A DNA stretch of 64,000 nt from an uncultured Desulfarculus sp. (GTDB lineage: Bacteria > Desulfobacterota > Desulfarculia > Desulfarculales > Desulfarculaceae), in the NCBI GenBank assembly GCA_963665125.2, contig CAXXUK010000001.1:3296001-3360000 (forward strand). The letters are read 5' to 3'. Made by a program: the position numbers and the translations under genes. How positions within the stretch are numbered: the first letter of the stretch is position 1; every line of letters begins with the position of its first letter. The notes below the pieces were generated by a model that did not search any database, was not told where the DNA came from, and saw only the letters and a program-made list of their open reading frames with translations. Shown piece after piece: positions 21,154 to 31,537 of the stretch.

Positions 21154-24100
21154 TTACTTTTCCATCTTCTTCATGGAATCAATAATCAGCTTGGCAATGG
21201 CTTCCTGCTTTTGTTTCTGCTCTTTGGGATCACCGGCTTTATATTTCACCTTCACCCGGTATCCCCGAACAGTTTTTTCATTTTCAAGACGTTTTGCGCT
21301 TTTCGCATCCAGGAACGTTATGAACTCTTCGGGTAGTAGGTAGTGAATCCTTTGCTGATCGTCATCGTTAATCGTTTCTTGGACCAACCGACGAATTTGG
21401 TTGAGCTTCTTTCTCTCATGCGTAAGAAGCACAATATCGCTATAGCCGTGAGCCAAGCATTTTTGAATATTATCCAATTCGTGTTGAGCGGAGGTGGAGA
21501 CACTAATCTCACAGGCGATTTTTCCTCCATCCTTCTCAAGAGAAACGTCAACTAACCCGTGCCCAGCCAAAATCGATTCTTCCAGGCTGGCAATATAACC
21601 GTGTTCCTGGCCGATTCGTTTAATCAAGCGCTGGAGATACTGGTGCTGGGCCCCGCCTCTTCCGGCGGGAGCTGGCTTTTGGGGTTCGTTAGGCGAAAAG
21701 ACAGGTTGTGATCTCTCTTGTGGCTCTTCTTTTTCTACAACTCTCGGCCTGTTGGTTTTAGGTGGGAGCGTAGGGGATGGTTTGACTGGAGCCTCTTCCT
21801 CCTCCTTGTCGGGATAGAGTTCGGCTAGGACAGTCTCTATTGGCACTCCAAAATTGGCTCTTGAAGCCGCTATTATCTCCTCCCGGCTGGCCTGCGCATC
21901 ATTGTCAGGGGCGACAGGAAGGTTTTCAGTCTTCAGGTTAAAATCATACTGAGCCTGTTCAATGCGGCCAATCGCTTCCCCTATACCCAAGCTTTGTAGG
22001 TCGCGGGCATCGAAATATGAAAAACCAGAGGCTAATTTAGCTGCGTCAGCTTCTCCCAGGCGGAAGCAGATGCGGGTATAGGGGTTGGACAGAACGCTAC
22101 TGGCTACCTCCTTGTCCTTGGCTGCCAGCTGCCTCAATTCTTGGTGGGCCAAGATTAACCCCAGGTTGTACTTCCTGGCCCCGGAAAGGATGGATTCCAT
22201 GGAAGGGGTGACGAAGTTCTGAAACTCATCGATGTAGAGATAGAACGGCTGGCGTTTCTTCTGGTCTATTTCTTGGCGGGAAAGAGCGATTTGGTGAATC
22301 TTGGCAACTAACAGAGCCCCTAGCAGGTATGAGTTTTCTTCTCCGATACCACCATGAGAGAGCTTAGCTAAAAATATTTTCCTGTGGTTCATAATGCTGG
22401 AAAAGTCAATCCGGCTGGTTTTTTGGCCAACTAAGTGCCGGATGGGCTTGGGCCGCAGGAAGGTATCCAAACGAGTGAGAACTGAAGCCTGAGGACGACC
22501 GGAAAGCAGTGGAAATTCTTTTTCCCAGTAATAGACAATTTCTTGATCTTCTACAGTTTTTAAGAAGTTGTCCCGAAAAGACTTGTCGATTAAGAAGCGC
22601 CTCAGTGTCATTAAGGTGCCGCCCTCACGGCTCTCAAGCATAGCCAAGATGCCATTGGCCAGGACCACGTTCATTTGATCGCCCCAGGACGTGGACAATC
22701 GGCGAAAGACACCGGTCAAATCAGAAGCTAAGAGCGTTTTCTCAGTTTCACTAGCAGCGCTGAAGATATTGAAGGGAATAGGATGTTCTTCATCAGCCGG
22801 ATTAAACAGGATTACATCGTCTTTTCGGTCTTTCGGGATGAAGCTTAAAATATGGTCGACCAAGTCGCCATGGGGGTCAAGAACTGCTACTCCCTGTCCA
22901 TTTTGAATGTCCTGGATAATCAAATTGAGCAGAAGCGTGGACTTGCCGGTTCCTGAAGCGCCTACCATATACATGTGGCGCATCCGCTGATCTTGGCTGA
23001 GAGTTACCTCAAGCTGCTCACCCTGATGTGTATTGGTGCCTAAGAGTAGTTGGTTGCCATTGGCAATTGCCGGAGCCTTCTTGGTTTTGAGAAGAGCACG
23101 ATGAAATTTCTCTGTTTGGATAGAGCTATCTGGAAAATGGACGAGATTAAGAAGCTCATCGGCATTTAGAAGCATTCCTGAACGATGAGTTTGCCGTTCA
23201 AGTACATCATCAACATGAATCTCTGAGGGGTAGCCATCGTTCGTAAGAGGAACCAGTTTGTTCCCGGTAGGGTTGTTGAACTGGCTAATAGCCCCGCCAA
23301 GGCTCCGTACTAGGTTGTGCGCCACTTCCCAGTTGCTGCTATTGGCTCCAATGCGGATGAGAGCCCCGTAGAGCGAAGATGTGAGCTTTTGTTTACATGC
23401 TGGCACCAACTCAGGGGCATCGGAAAAGAATGGCGTACCGTCCCAATCCAGAACTGACCGAGTCAGGCTCTCAGCCCAAGGGTTGCGAGCCGGGCAGAAT
23501 AGAACCTGTACGATACCTACCTCATCTCCCTGGCAAGCTGAAAGAGCGCCAATAATCCCAATGAGCGGGTCAATATCAAAAGTATTCTGGGTGGTTAAAG
23601 GAAACATACCCTCATTGGCCAAGCCAAAGTCAACAACCAAAGAGTATTCATCGTGTTTCCAGAGTTGCCTCAAATATTCCCGTTCTTGAGTGACGGTGGC
23701 CTGTGGGGCATAGGCTTGCAGTTGGGTACGAAGGTTAGGGGCGTCTTTTCCCCTAGAAGTGAATTGGAGGACCACCTGCGTGGAGGAGCCAATAATTTCA
23801 AAACTTAAGGGGCAATGAGCATAGCCCTGAGACGCCAGGAATTGCCCAGCCCTCTTTTTGGAGCTAGCGTAATCTGTGGGAAGGGCAATCTGGAATTCAA
23901 CTATATCCCCTTCTGGCAGGTAAATATCAGGAGGTTCATCGTCAAGATCACATGGTATGTCATAGGCTTCAGTGACAGGTTGCTGCTTGGCAGAAGAAAA
24001 ATACGTTTTTACTTTGTCAGCGAATGAACTTAAGAACGTAGGCTTCCTTGCATCATCAATGATTTGATGCTGGTTGGGAAAATAATGACCTAGAAATGGG

Positions 24101-24249
24101 GTAAATGGAGGCTCAGGGGATACTGGATAGTCCCACAGCCAGTAGCCACGTGTGCGCTCTTCCCACTGATAGAACTGTTGTGTCAGGAGGGCCGTCTGTT
24201 CACTGGCTGTCCAGTTCGTACCTACGTGTGGGTGATCGTCTCCCATCAT
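21154..24249 (-). CDS. VirD4/TraD/HerA-like ATPase with a C-terminal PD-(D/E)xK-like domain
   Basis: HMYMVGASGTGKS, LDPHGDL, LYIDEFQNF, ARKY, LAHQ; Pro-rich linker; C-terminal VDVSL..IACEIS. Confidence 0.8.
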   Translation of the reverse strand: MMGDDHPHVGTNWTASEQTALLTQQFYQWEERTRGYWLWDYPVSPEPPFTPFLGHYFPNQHQIIDDARKPTFLSSFADKVKTYFSSAKQQPVTEAYDIPCDLDDEPPDIYLPEGDIVEFQIALPTDYASSKKRAGQFLASQGYAHCPLSFEIIGSSTQVVLQFTSRGKDAPNLRTQLQAYAPQATVTQEREYLRQLWKHDEYSLVVDFGLANEGMFPLTTQNTFDIDPLIGIIGALSACQGDEVGIVQVLFCPARNPWAESLTRSVLDWDGTPFFSDAPELVPACKQKLTSSLYGALIRIGANSSNWEVAHNLVRSLGGAISQFNNPTGNKLVPLTNDGYPSEIHVDDVLERQTHRSGMLLNADELLNLVHFPDSSIQTEKFHRALLKTKKAPAIANGNQLLLGTNTHQGEQLEVTLSQDQRMRHMYMVGASGTGKSTLLLNLIIQDIQNGQGVAVLDPHGDLVDHILSFIPKDRKDDVILFNPADEEHPIPFNIFSAASETEKTLLASDLTGVFRRLSTSWGDQMNVVLANGILAMLESREGGTLMTLRRFLIDKSFRDNFLKTVEDQEIVYYWEKEFPLLSGRPQASVLTRLDTFLRPKPIRHLVGQKTSRIDFSSIMNHRKIFLAKLSHGGIGEENSYLLGALLVAKIHQIALSRQEIDQKKRQPFYLYIDEFQNFVTPSMESILSGARKYNLGLILAHQELRQLAAKDKEVASSVLSNPYTRICFRLGEADAAKLASGFSYFDARDLQSLGIGEAIGRIEQAQYDFNLKTENLPVAPDNDAQASREEIIAASRANFGVPIETVLAELYPDKEEEEAPVKPSPTLPPKTNRPRVVEKEEPQERSQPVFSPNEPQKPAPAGRGGAQHQYLQRLIKRIGQEHGYIASLEESILAGHGLVDVSLEKDGGKIACEISVSTSAQHELDNIQKCLAHGYSDIVLLTHERKKLNQIRRLVQETINDDDQQRIHYLLPEEFITFLDAKSAKRLENEKTVRGYRVKVKYKAGDPKEQKQKQEAIAKLIIDSMKKMEK

Positions 24250-24746
24250 TACAAGTCAAAGAAGTCGCGCATGATCGGTTTACGGGCATCATCTGATAGG
24301 GCTCTCAGACCCTTGGCCGAGGTCATTCCGTCTATTACTTCCAGAACGGCAGAATGAATTAGAGCCTGGAACATGGCCGCAGTGTCAATCTGGTAGTAGG
24401 TGATCGGCTTAATAAATTTAGAAAAGAGGGGACCTATAATGGGTATACTTATGACTAGTTGTGTAAAACCTGAAGGGACTTCTCCCAGCCACCAGGAGAC
24501 AAAGAACCCGTTGCCAAAGGGAGCCCCACAAATATCGAAAGCCAGATTCTTTCTTTTTATTCGGAGATACTCTCGTTTAGCGGAAATTAATCCACCTTCT
24601 TTCCAATCTACTCGGGCATGCCTAGTGTTCGGCACCGATTTGTTACTGATGGCTGATTCAACGGATTGAAAGAATTGTTTTGGGCTAGCTTCCAGACCTT
24701 CTACCATAGTGTTCCAGTGAGATAGAATTATGAGCCCTTTAGTCAT
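24249..24746 (-). CDS. Hypothetical protein coupled to the ATPase, one hydrophobic segment
   Basis: 165 aa; its stop overlaps the ATPase start; G-rich RBS. Confidence 0.7.
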   Translation of the reverse strand: MTKGLIILSHWNTMVEGLEASPKQFFQSVESAISNKSVPNTRHARVDWKEGGLISAKREYLRIKRKNLAFDICGAPFGNGFFVSWWLGEVPSGFTQLVISIPIIGPLFSKFIKPITYYQIDTAAMFQALIHSAVLEVIDGMTSAKGLRALSDDARKPIMRDFFDL

Positions 24747-24864
24747 ATGTACCCCCCTCGTTCATTATAAGGTGCGAGTGCTTAGATGATAGTGCTGCAA
24801 TGGTCAAATAAAATTGATCAAAGTATATTATTATTAAAAATTATCTTCCTAGATTTTTTACATC

Positions 24865-25755
24865 TTATAAACTAAATAAGCTAAGAACGCCATAGCTAGG
24901 ATGAATTGCATTTTGGAGCCGGTCAATATTCACTTCTTCTGCAACTTCATTGGGGTGAAACCATCCCAATGATTCTATTAATTTGTTTTCGGTTTCTTCT
25001 TCATCTTTTAAACTTTTTAGCTTTTCAACTCGTTTTAAAAATAAACGTGTTGATGTTGGCAATGGCGCATAGTTGTTTTGCAATGAAGGCTCAGCAGAGT
25101 AAATACCCCATAAGCCATCGTCAGGTTTTTCGTTTAAAGTTGATACATGTAATGTGGTATATCCCGTTTTTTTTGTTACGTTATTAATATTCTCAAACGC
25201 TAAAAATATACTTGATTTTTCAATAGGGGATAATGAGCCTTTAAATCCCCAGAGTGGGTCATGATGATCGCGGCTATTAATATATCTATAAGTTGTCATA
25301 TATGAGGTTATTGTTTTGCTAAATTTATTAATTTTCTCTACTTTAACTAGAGTTTTGTAAATATTTTTTTGTGGCTCATTGATATTCAGCCAATTAAACC
25401 AGCAATAGTAGTAACCTTGATAATTTTGCTCATACTCAGGCAGTCTGCTTGCGTTACTGTCTCTAGTGTAGGCTAATGTTCTTTCGCCAATCTTTTTAAA
25501 TGAATAGATATCTTCTATAAAATCTAATAGATCTTTTTTTAAAGTTTCAATTGAAATTCCTGCCACATCCATTATTTTATCTATAGTTTCATCGTGGGGT
25601 ATAGTGCCTGTTAGCCAGCTTTTAATGCCAGGTTTTGGAGCCGAAATACCCTTGGCTTTTAGTCGTTCTGGAAATACATTTTTACCAACGATGTGTAGAA
25701 TTATACATAATTTAGCATGAAAATCATCTATCATGTATCTCATCAGATCCACCAA
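24865..25755 (-). CDS. Hypothetical protein, possible N-terminal XRE-like HTH regulator
   Basis: IKSWLTGTIP..ETIDKI..AGISIETL; AT-rich; divergent from the 26-29 kb cluster. Confidence 0.5.
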   Translation of the reverse strand: MVDLMRYMIDDFHAKLCIILHIVGKNVFPERLKAKGISAPKPGIKSWLTGTIPHDETIDKIMDVAGISIETLKKDLLDFIEDIYSFKKIGERTLAYTRDSNASRLPEYEQNYQGYYYCWFNWLNINEPQKNIYKTLVKVEKINKFSKTITSYMTTYRYINSRDHHDPLWGFKGSLSPIEKSSIFLAFENINNVTKKTGYTTLHVSTLNEKPDDGLWGIYSAEPSLQNNYAPLPTSTRLFLKRVEKLKSLKDEEETENKLIESLGWFHPNEVAEEVNIDRLQNAIHPSYGVLSLFSL

Positions 25756-26220
25756 TTATTATAAGAAAAGTTTGCATCAATTGCCTCGTAAAGAAGCGAC
25801 ACATTGTTTTCCGTACAAGGTTGATTCTTCAAATAACCTGTTAACAGTCCTGCAACTAGCAGGCATGCCGTGCCCTTAACCGGTAAAGCTGGCTACCAAA
25901 CGCCTATCACTTGGTACGCGAAAGCGAGTAGTAGATGACATTATAAACCAGTAGACTCAAGAAACGATCTAAATTTTATTCTAATTTCTGGCATTTTGTA
26001 TCTATTTGTATTTTATTGCTTTTTGTTTTTTGTTTAATTCGATTAAATTGTGCATAAGTCTATTAAATTTATATTAAATCCTTGCGATATTTCTTAAGTA
26101 TTTGTTTTAATTAGCCATTTACCTCTTTTTATTGTTGACATGGGTCGAACTGCTGGGTTAGACATATAACTATAAATTTGAGGTCAATATCAAAACTCTC
26201 AAATTGATAGGAGACTGAGG

Positions 26221-26415
26221 ATGACAAAGATCACCAAGGAGTTTGTGACCTATTGCCCTAAGTCCGATTCTCTTAGGCTAATCATTGGGACAGACGATTT
26301 CGGGTTGGCCGTAACAAGAGAAATGACAGCCGATGAAATCAAAAATATTAAGGATAAGCCTGAGGTTACGGAGGATGATTGCGAAGGAAATAAAAATAAC
26401 CCCTTGTATCTTTAA
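26221..26415 (+). CDS. Small hypothetical protein
   Basis: AGGAG RBS; ends inside a 14-bp-stem hairpin (26400-26429). Confidence 0.45.
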   Translation: MTKITKEFVTYCPKSDSLRLIIGTDDFGLAVTREMTADEIKNIKDKPEVTEDDCEGNKNNPLYL

Positions 26416-26659
26416 AAAGATACAAGGGGATGGCATAGATTGAGGCACGCTTAGCACCTGTTATCTTGACCTTGCTTTCCAGGGCGCGAGTCAGGATAAC
26501 GACCACAGCTGAGCAGTAGCACTCTACCCTACACCTGTATTTGTATGGTAGCAAAATATATATAATGTTGTCAAGTGGTTAGGCTTTGTTTTGAATCGGA
26601 GAATTTACTAAGGATAAAAGATGCAATAACTAGGAATGGCTTAAAACACGGAGGGCAAA

Positions 26660-26857
26660 ATGTTTCTACGTGAAAAGAGCATCAAACAGGCCGAGATTGA
26701 TGATCAACTTAATGCATTAAAAGCAATCACAGGAATAATGCATAACAAGTTGCCATGCGGATGGACCTCTCCACTTAATAACACTTTTGAAAAGAAGGGG
26801 AAGAATCATGTAGTTGAAATGCCTGAAATAAAAGCCCACACAGGATTTATCCTTTAG
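26660..26857 (+). CDS. Small hypothetical protein
   Basis: GGAGGG RBS before ATG. Confidence 0.4.
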   Translation: MFLREKSIKQAEIDDQLNALKAITGIMHNKLPCGWTSPLNNTFEKKGKNHVVEMPEIKAHTGFIL

Positions 26858-27191
26858 TGTGGGCACGCAGAGCATGAAGCTTTACAAGGATGCTGGCCTG
26901 AGAAGATTTGGCGATCGCCAGACCAGCCTATTAATTCACAGACTCCATGCTACCTCGTGTTTTGATGGTAGCACGGAAGCGGTAACTTGTCAAGTTTGCT
27001 AATCAATTGGCAAGTACAATCAAGTTGAACCGCAGAAAGGTGGCTACCAATATGAATTTCCTGCCCTAAATCACATCAGGACAGTGCCTGTCTAATCTAA
27101 TGGTTCTTAGCTTCAGGAGCTCAACAGAAGACTAAGTACCGTAGTTTGGAACTAGTTCTGAACACGTCTAACGGAAAATGGGAGAGATACA

Positions 27192-27635
27192 ATGAACGCA
27201 ATAATTCGGAAGTCAACGATCGGCCTATTACTGATTGGGCTGATGACCGGTGTTTTAACCACCAATTTCGCCAATGCCATGTCACCTGGAGCGGTAAAAG
27301 GCTTCCTTGCGGTGGCAGATGCAGCCCAAAACCTTAAAGGCCAAATAACAATTTCCGAAGAAATTTCCCTTGATGGGAGAAACAATACCGAAACAACTCA
27401 GGCAGTGAACATGGTTGATGGTGTTGATGTCGGAAATTCAATTCAGGTTCTTTTGGCTGATAAGGCCACATTCACCATGCAAAACAGTGAAATTAGTATT
27501 CAGGCCGGAAACCTTGTCCGTGGGGCAGATGCGAAGGGCATTCTTCAGTTGAGTGTTGTAGACGATGTCACTTTCGTAATGCGAGATTCAAGCCGGTCTA
27601 CTCAATGTCTTAACTGCATAGCTGGAAGTAACTAA
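27192..27635 (+). CDS. Secreted Q/N-repeat protein (candidate amyloid/fibre subunit)
   Basis: Signal peptide ending ANA; three ~30-aa imperfect repeats ending QAVN, QAGN, QCLN; C-terminal CxxC. Confidence 0.6.
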   Translation: MNAIIRKSTIGLLLIGLMTGVLTTNFANAMSPGAVKGFLAVADAAQNLKGQITISEEISLDGRNNTETTQAVNMVDGVDVGNSIQVLLADKATFTMQNSEISIQAGNLVRGADAKGILQLSVVDDVTFVMRDSSRSTQCLNCIAGSN

Positions 27636-27693
27636 TAGGAAGTAAATGCGGTGGCGCTTGGTTGCGCCACCGCCCCACCTGGGAGGACAAAAC

Positions 27694-27990
27694 ATGAAAA
27701 CAGCAAGTACACTTTTCGCAATCGCATTGATAATCTGTCAAGCAGATGTGTGCTTCTCAGATCATGTGCAGGCGCCTCAACCTCCTTCACTGAGTAGCAC
27801 AATAAATCCAGCAGCTATTGAGTTGGCAGTGTCTAATGCTGCCCGGAAAAAAGCAAATTCCATTAAAACAGAGGGTGGCTCCGACAATACATCTCCGAGT
27901 ATTGCCATCAATTACAATACCAGTAATGCTGCGTTCGGGGTAGAAATGATCTCGATAATAAACAGCCTAACGGTATACAACGAAAAGTAG
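27694..27990 (+). CDS. Small secreted N/S-rich hypothetical protein
   Basis: GGAGG RBS; hydrophobic N-terminal signal. Confidence 0.6.
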   Translation: MKTASTLFAIALIICQADVCFSDHVQAPQPPSLSSTINPAAIELAVSNAARKKANSIKTEGGSDNTSPSIAINYNTSNAAFGVEMISIINSLTVYNEK

Positions 27991-28070
27991 ACCCAAAGAG
28001 CTCTTAGCCATTTTGATGTAAACGGTGAGCATACAAAATGGCTAAGAGTCTGCCCCAAAGAGAGGTACTA

Positions 28071-29267
28071 ATGAAGTTAAATCAAACAGGTTCATTGGTA
28101 TTGCTATCACTTATCATTTCAATGGCAGGCGGCTGTGCCAAAATGAGCCAATTAAATTCATTCTTTCCACAGCACACGCCTCAGCCAACTATCACGAGCA
28201 TGAGTAGTACTTTACAGTGTGTATCCAAACAACTCACAAATTTATTGGAGACTAATCCAAGTAAAAATTACCCAAGAATACTCTTGGTAGTAACTCAATT
28301 TGTTGATGGTTCGCGGCCTATACCTAGCTGGCTAGAAATGGCAACCCATAACCTTATATATCGATCGAATGGCGAAGCAATGGATTCGGGTAAGTATTCC
28401 TTTGAATCTGTTTTAGTGAATACAGTCCCGAACAGATTTATAGCAATTGTCGGAAGCACCTTTCAAAATCTTGAGTTAGTTGCACCAGAATATAATGGTC
28501 AAATACCAAAAAGCAAAATCCGTGCTATTTGTAGGCAATATAATGTGTCTAAAGTTCTAATAGTAAGAGGTGTTTTTTCCCAATGGGACGAGTCAGGTAA
28601 TACAAAAGGTAGTGCGGCTACGGCTCGTCAAGAAGGTAGTAGCGTCACAGTAGATGCCGGTTTTGGTCATAGCATAAACAGCCGCACTATTGCATTACAA
28701 GTATCGATGATTGACCCAAATTTAAATATAATTATTGGTAGTACAGAGCTATCGCTCACAATAGACGACGAGGCTGAAGAAGCAAATTTATCTATAGGTG
28801 CAGGTGAATTCTCTATTGGTTTCTCTGATTCGACTAGGATCATAGATAGTCCTGGTGGTGCTCAAAGGACTTTAATTGAAGCAGCTAGCCTTTGGTTAAT
28901 AGGAGGTCTCTTTGGAAATACCCTCGCAAAATCAGCTTTTGAAAGGTGTGTGTATTGTAACGATTGCGGCCCATCAAACACAATCATAGCATCGCAATGC
29001 TGGCGTAAACTTTCAAGTTCCCAGCGAGTTAAGGCACTTAAAGCTGGGCTTAAACAACTAGGATATTTTGAAGAACCGATTACGAATGGCGTTTATAATA
29101 GTCTGATACGCGATTCAATCAGACGATATGAAAAAGATAAGAATCTATGGCTCTCCCATTCTCAAAGTGATACTTGGCATCTTTTCCTTATGTTGTCGGA
29201 AGATATCGGCTGGGAAAACTATAAAAATGCAATGAAAATATACGCGGATATAAATGTAACCTCGTAA
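28071..29267 (+). CDS. CsgG/HfaB-like lipoprotein with a C-terminal peptidoglycan-binding-like domain
   Basis: Lipobox AGG-C; ITSMSSTLQC, IVRGVFSQWDE, beta-hairpin segments; C-terminal LKQLGYF..G.Y...RDSIRRYE. Confidence 0.6.
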   Translation: MKLNQTGSLVLLSLIISMAGGCAKMSQLNSFFPQHTPQPTITSMSSTLQCVSKQLTNLLETNPSKNYPRILLVVTQFVDGSRPIPSWLEMATHNLIYRSNGEAMDSGKYSFESVLVNTVPNRFIAIVGSTFQNLELVAPEYNGQIPKSKIRAICRQYNVSKVLIVRGVFSQWDESGNTKGSAATARQEGSSVTVDAGFGHSINSRTIALQVSMIDPNLNIIIGSTELSLTIDDEAEEANLSIGAGEFSIGFSDSTRIIDSPGGAQRTLIEAASLWLIGGLFGNTLAKSAFERCVYCNDCGPSNTIIASQCWRKLSSSQRVKALKAGLKQLGYFEEPITNGVYNSLIRDSIRRYEKDKNLWLSHSQSDTWHLFLMLSEDIGWENYKNAMKIYADINVTS

Positions 29268-29277
29268 AGGAGAAATC

Positions 29278-29508
29278 ATGGCTAATCGATTTCATGAAAA
29301 TATGGCGATATCGGCAAAGTTGCGAAACTGGAGATCCAGAGGTTTTACGGACCTGGACATTGCGAAGAAGTTAAAATTGTCCCAACGTCAAGCTTTTATG
29401 CTTGAAAATAGGTCATACGATTTGCCATCATCAGAAAGGTGGATTTTATTGGATGCTACGGATAATGATGAAGTAGCAAGTGGCTCATTGTGTTATTATA
29501 ACAGTTAA
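29278..29508 (+). CDS. Small HTH-like protein
   Basis: LRNWRSRGFTDLDIAKKLKLSQ..LEN; AGGAG RBS. Confidence 0.55.
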   Translation: MANRFHENMAISAKLRNWRSRGFTDLDIAKKLKLSQRQAFMLENRSYDLPSSERWILLDATDNDEVASGSLCYYNS

Positions 29509-29637
29509 AAATCATTTCGGTTGGCGAATACGGTATGATAATAATGCTTATATATGATAAAAGACACAGTTATGCCGTAGTAGGAGAAATTATTTCCTGG
29601 CAAACTGTTTAATAAATTTGATTAGAGGCTAAAACAA

Positions 29638-31200
29638 TTACACCTCAAGGTTTTCGATTTCTTTAATAAATATTTCTTTAACAATCTTTTTATGAGCTGT
29701 TTTTGGGCCTTGGCTTTGCTCCTGAAGCACTTTTCCCATCCTTCGAGATGTGTTACTATCTGGGCAACCAGCTGCAACATTAAAAACTTCAGCTAGCTCC
29801 CGAAAGGGTGATTTAAGCTCAATTAACACATTTTTTACATCAATCAATCTGTTCGAAGTGTACAATCGTACCATCTGACGTTTTTGAGCATCATTTCCCT
29901 GAATAAACCCAGAGTAAAGGTGTTTTGAGAGTTCGAGTTTTTTTAGCATCCTTCTAAATGATACTCTTTGATATTCCTCATGTTTTTGTATTTTATCTTC
30001 CAAATATTTAATTTCAGAAAGACAAGTCTTCTTTCTGTGAAGAAAAGACTCTCTATCTAAATCACCATCAACATATTTATCGGTCATACTGTCTAACCTG
30101 GCAGTTAGAGCATTTTTTTGTAATTCGAGACGTTTAATTTGACTAGCATTTTTATAATCATTGTCTTCTCGTAATTCCTCTAGAACCTCGTCTATAATCG
30201 CAATTTCTGATTTATCAAACTTTAAACCTGAAAAAGTGTCTCTTACTGCATCGTTAATTATATCTTCTCTGACGCAAGTCCCTTTGCACTCCTGGCTATG
30301 ACAACGGTAATAGATATACCCTTTTTGTTTTTCTCCGGTTGTTGAATAACTACATTTTTTGCATTTAAAAAGACGACGATATAGAAATTGATGCCTACTT
30401 GGCCCTTTCTTGGTCTTACCTTTTAAAACAGTTTGCACCTTATCAAACAAATATTTTGAAACAATAGGTTCATGCTTCCCAATAAATGTCTCTTGGGTTT
30501 TCTTTATATGAATAATCCCCATATAGAAAGGATTGTTAAGGATTCGAGAAAGGGCATTGATCGATATTTTGCCTCCGCTCTTTTGGCGCAAGCCTTTTTC
30601 TGTTAAATAGTCTTTAAGGAGGCTTAGACTGTATTCACCTTGCGCGTACAGTTCAAAAGCTTCTTTGATTAAAGGAGCAACCTGAGTATCTTGAGTTTTA
30701 ACTTGACCAGAACCGTTATTGATATAACCAAGAGGAGCATTAAAAGGGTAGATGCCTTGTTTCAAGCGGCCATACATACCTTTAATTGTTTCTTCGCGAA
30801 GGTTCCGAATATAGTCAGCAGCAATAACGGCTTGAATGTCAGCTGATAATCTTCCGCCTCTCGCTCTCAAATCAATGCTCTCATGAGCAAAATGAACATC
30901 AATGCCATAATCGATCAAGTCACCTAATGAAGACCAGTCCTTAAGGTTCCTGGCACTCCTGTCGATTTTATGAATAATGACTCCATCAGCTTTCTGACTC
31001 CTAAGCGAATTAAGCATTTTTGAAAAAACAGGTCGGCCTTGTTTGGCCGCTGTTTCTCTTTCTTCAAACCATTGTATGATTTCCAATTGGTTATTTTTAG
31101 CGTATCTCTCAATTGCACTCTTTTGTTCTTGAAGGGAAACGCCTAATTGGCCTTGCCGAATGGTCGAAACACGGATATAGCCATATACTTTTTCTTTCAT
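29638..31200 (-). CDS. Large serine recombinase 2
   Basis: YIRVST, KIDRSARN, APLGY, CKKC..YYRC..C Zn ribbon, coiled coil. Confidence 0.95.
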   Translation of the reverse strand: MKEKVYGYIRVSTIRQGQLGVSLQEQKSAIERYAKNNQLEIIQWFEERETAAKQGRPVFSKMLNSLRSQKADGVIIHKIDRSARNLKDWSSLGDLIDYGIDVHFAHESIDLRARGGRLSADIQAVIAADYIRNLREETIKGMYGRLKQGIYPFNAPLGYINNGSGQVKTQDTQVAPLIKEAFELYAQGEYSLSLLKDYLTEKGLRQKSGGKISINALSRILNNPFYMGIIHIKKTQETFIGKHEPIVSKYLFDKVQTVLKGKTKKGPSRHQFLYRRLFKCKKCSYSTTGEKQKGYIYYRCHSQECKGTCVREDIINDAVRDTFSGLKFDKSEIAIIDEVLEELREDNDYKNASQIKRLELQKNALTARLDSMTDKYVDGDLDRESFLHRKKTCLSEIKYLEDKIQKHEEYQRVSFRRMLKKLELSKHLYSGFIQGNDAQKRQMVRLYTSNRLIDVKNVLIELKSPFRELAEVFNVAAGCPDSNTSRRMGKVLQEQSQGPKTAHKKIVKEIFIKEIENLEV

Positions 31201-31235
31201 AATAATAAGTGAAGACTTACCCTATTTTAAGTGAC

Positions 31236-31430
31236 TTATACTTCGCTGTCAAAACCAGAACGTTTCTTTTCCCGATCCCGTTCTTCCTTTTCGAGACGAT
31301 AATATATATCCATACAGATGCGTAAATGTTGCCTGAATCGCTCTTCAGCTTCTACTAGCTCATCGCCTTTAAGGTGAGGGCATCTTTTTCGTATGAATGG
31401 AATTGGTTTATAAGTACGTTTTCTTTTCAT
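31236..31430 (-). CDS. Small basic hypothetical protein upstream of recombinase 2
   Basis: 64-aa ORF, co-oriented with the recombinase. Confidence 0.5.
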   Translation of the reverse strand: MKRKRTYKPIPFIRKRCPHLKGDELVEAEERFRQHLRICMDIYYRLEKEERDREKKRSGFDSEV

Positions 31431-31537
31431 GAATCAACATTAACGAATATGGACTGCACCAAATAGAATGGTGAAAAGCAAGTTATCAACAATTTCCCTT
31501 TCTCCCGAAAGAATACCGCTACTGATAATCTAGGTAC

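Noticed and set aside
29741..29772. tRNA-end-like TGGTTGCCC...TCGAA near the 3' end of recombinase 2 as its att site
   Set aside because: Weak resemblance; no partner site found.
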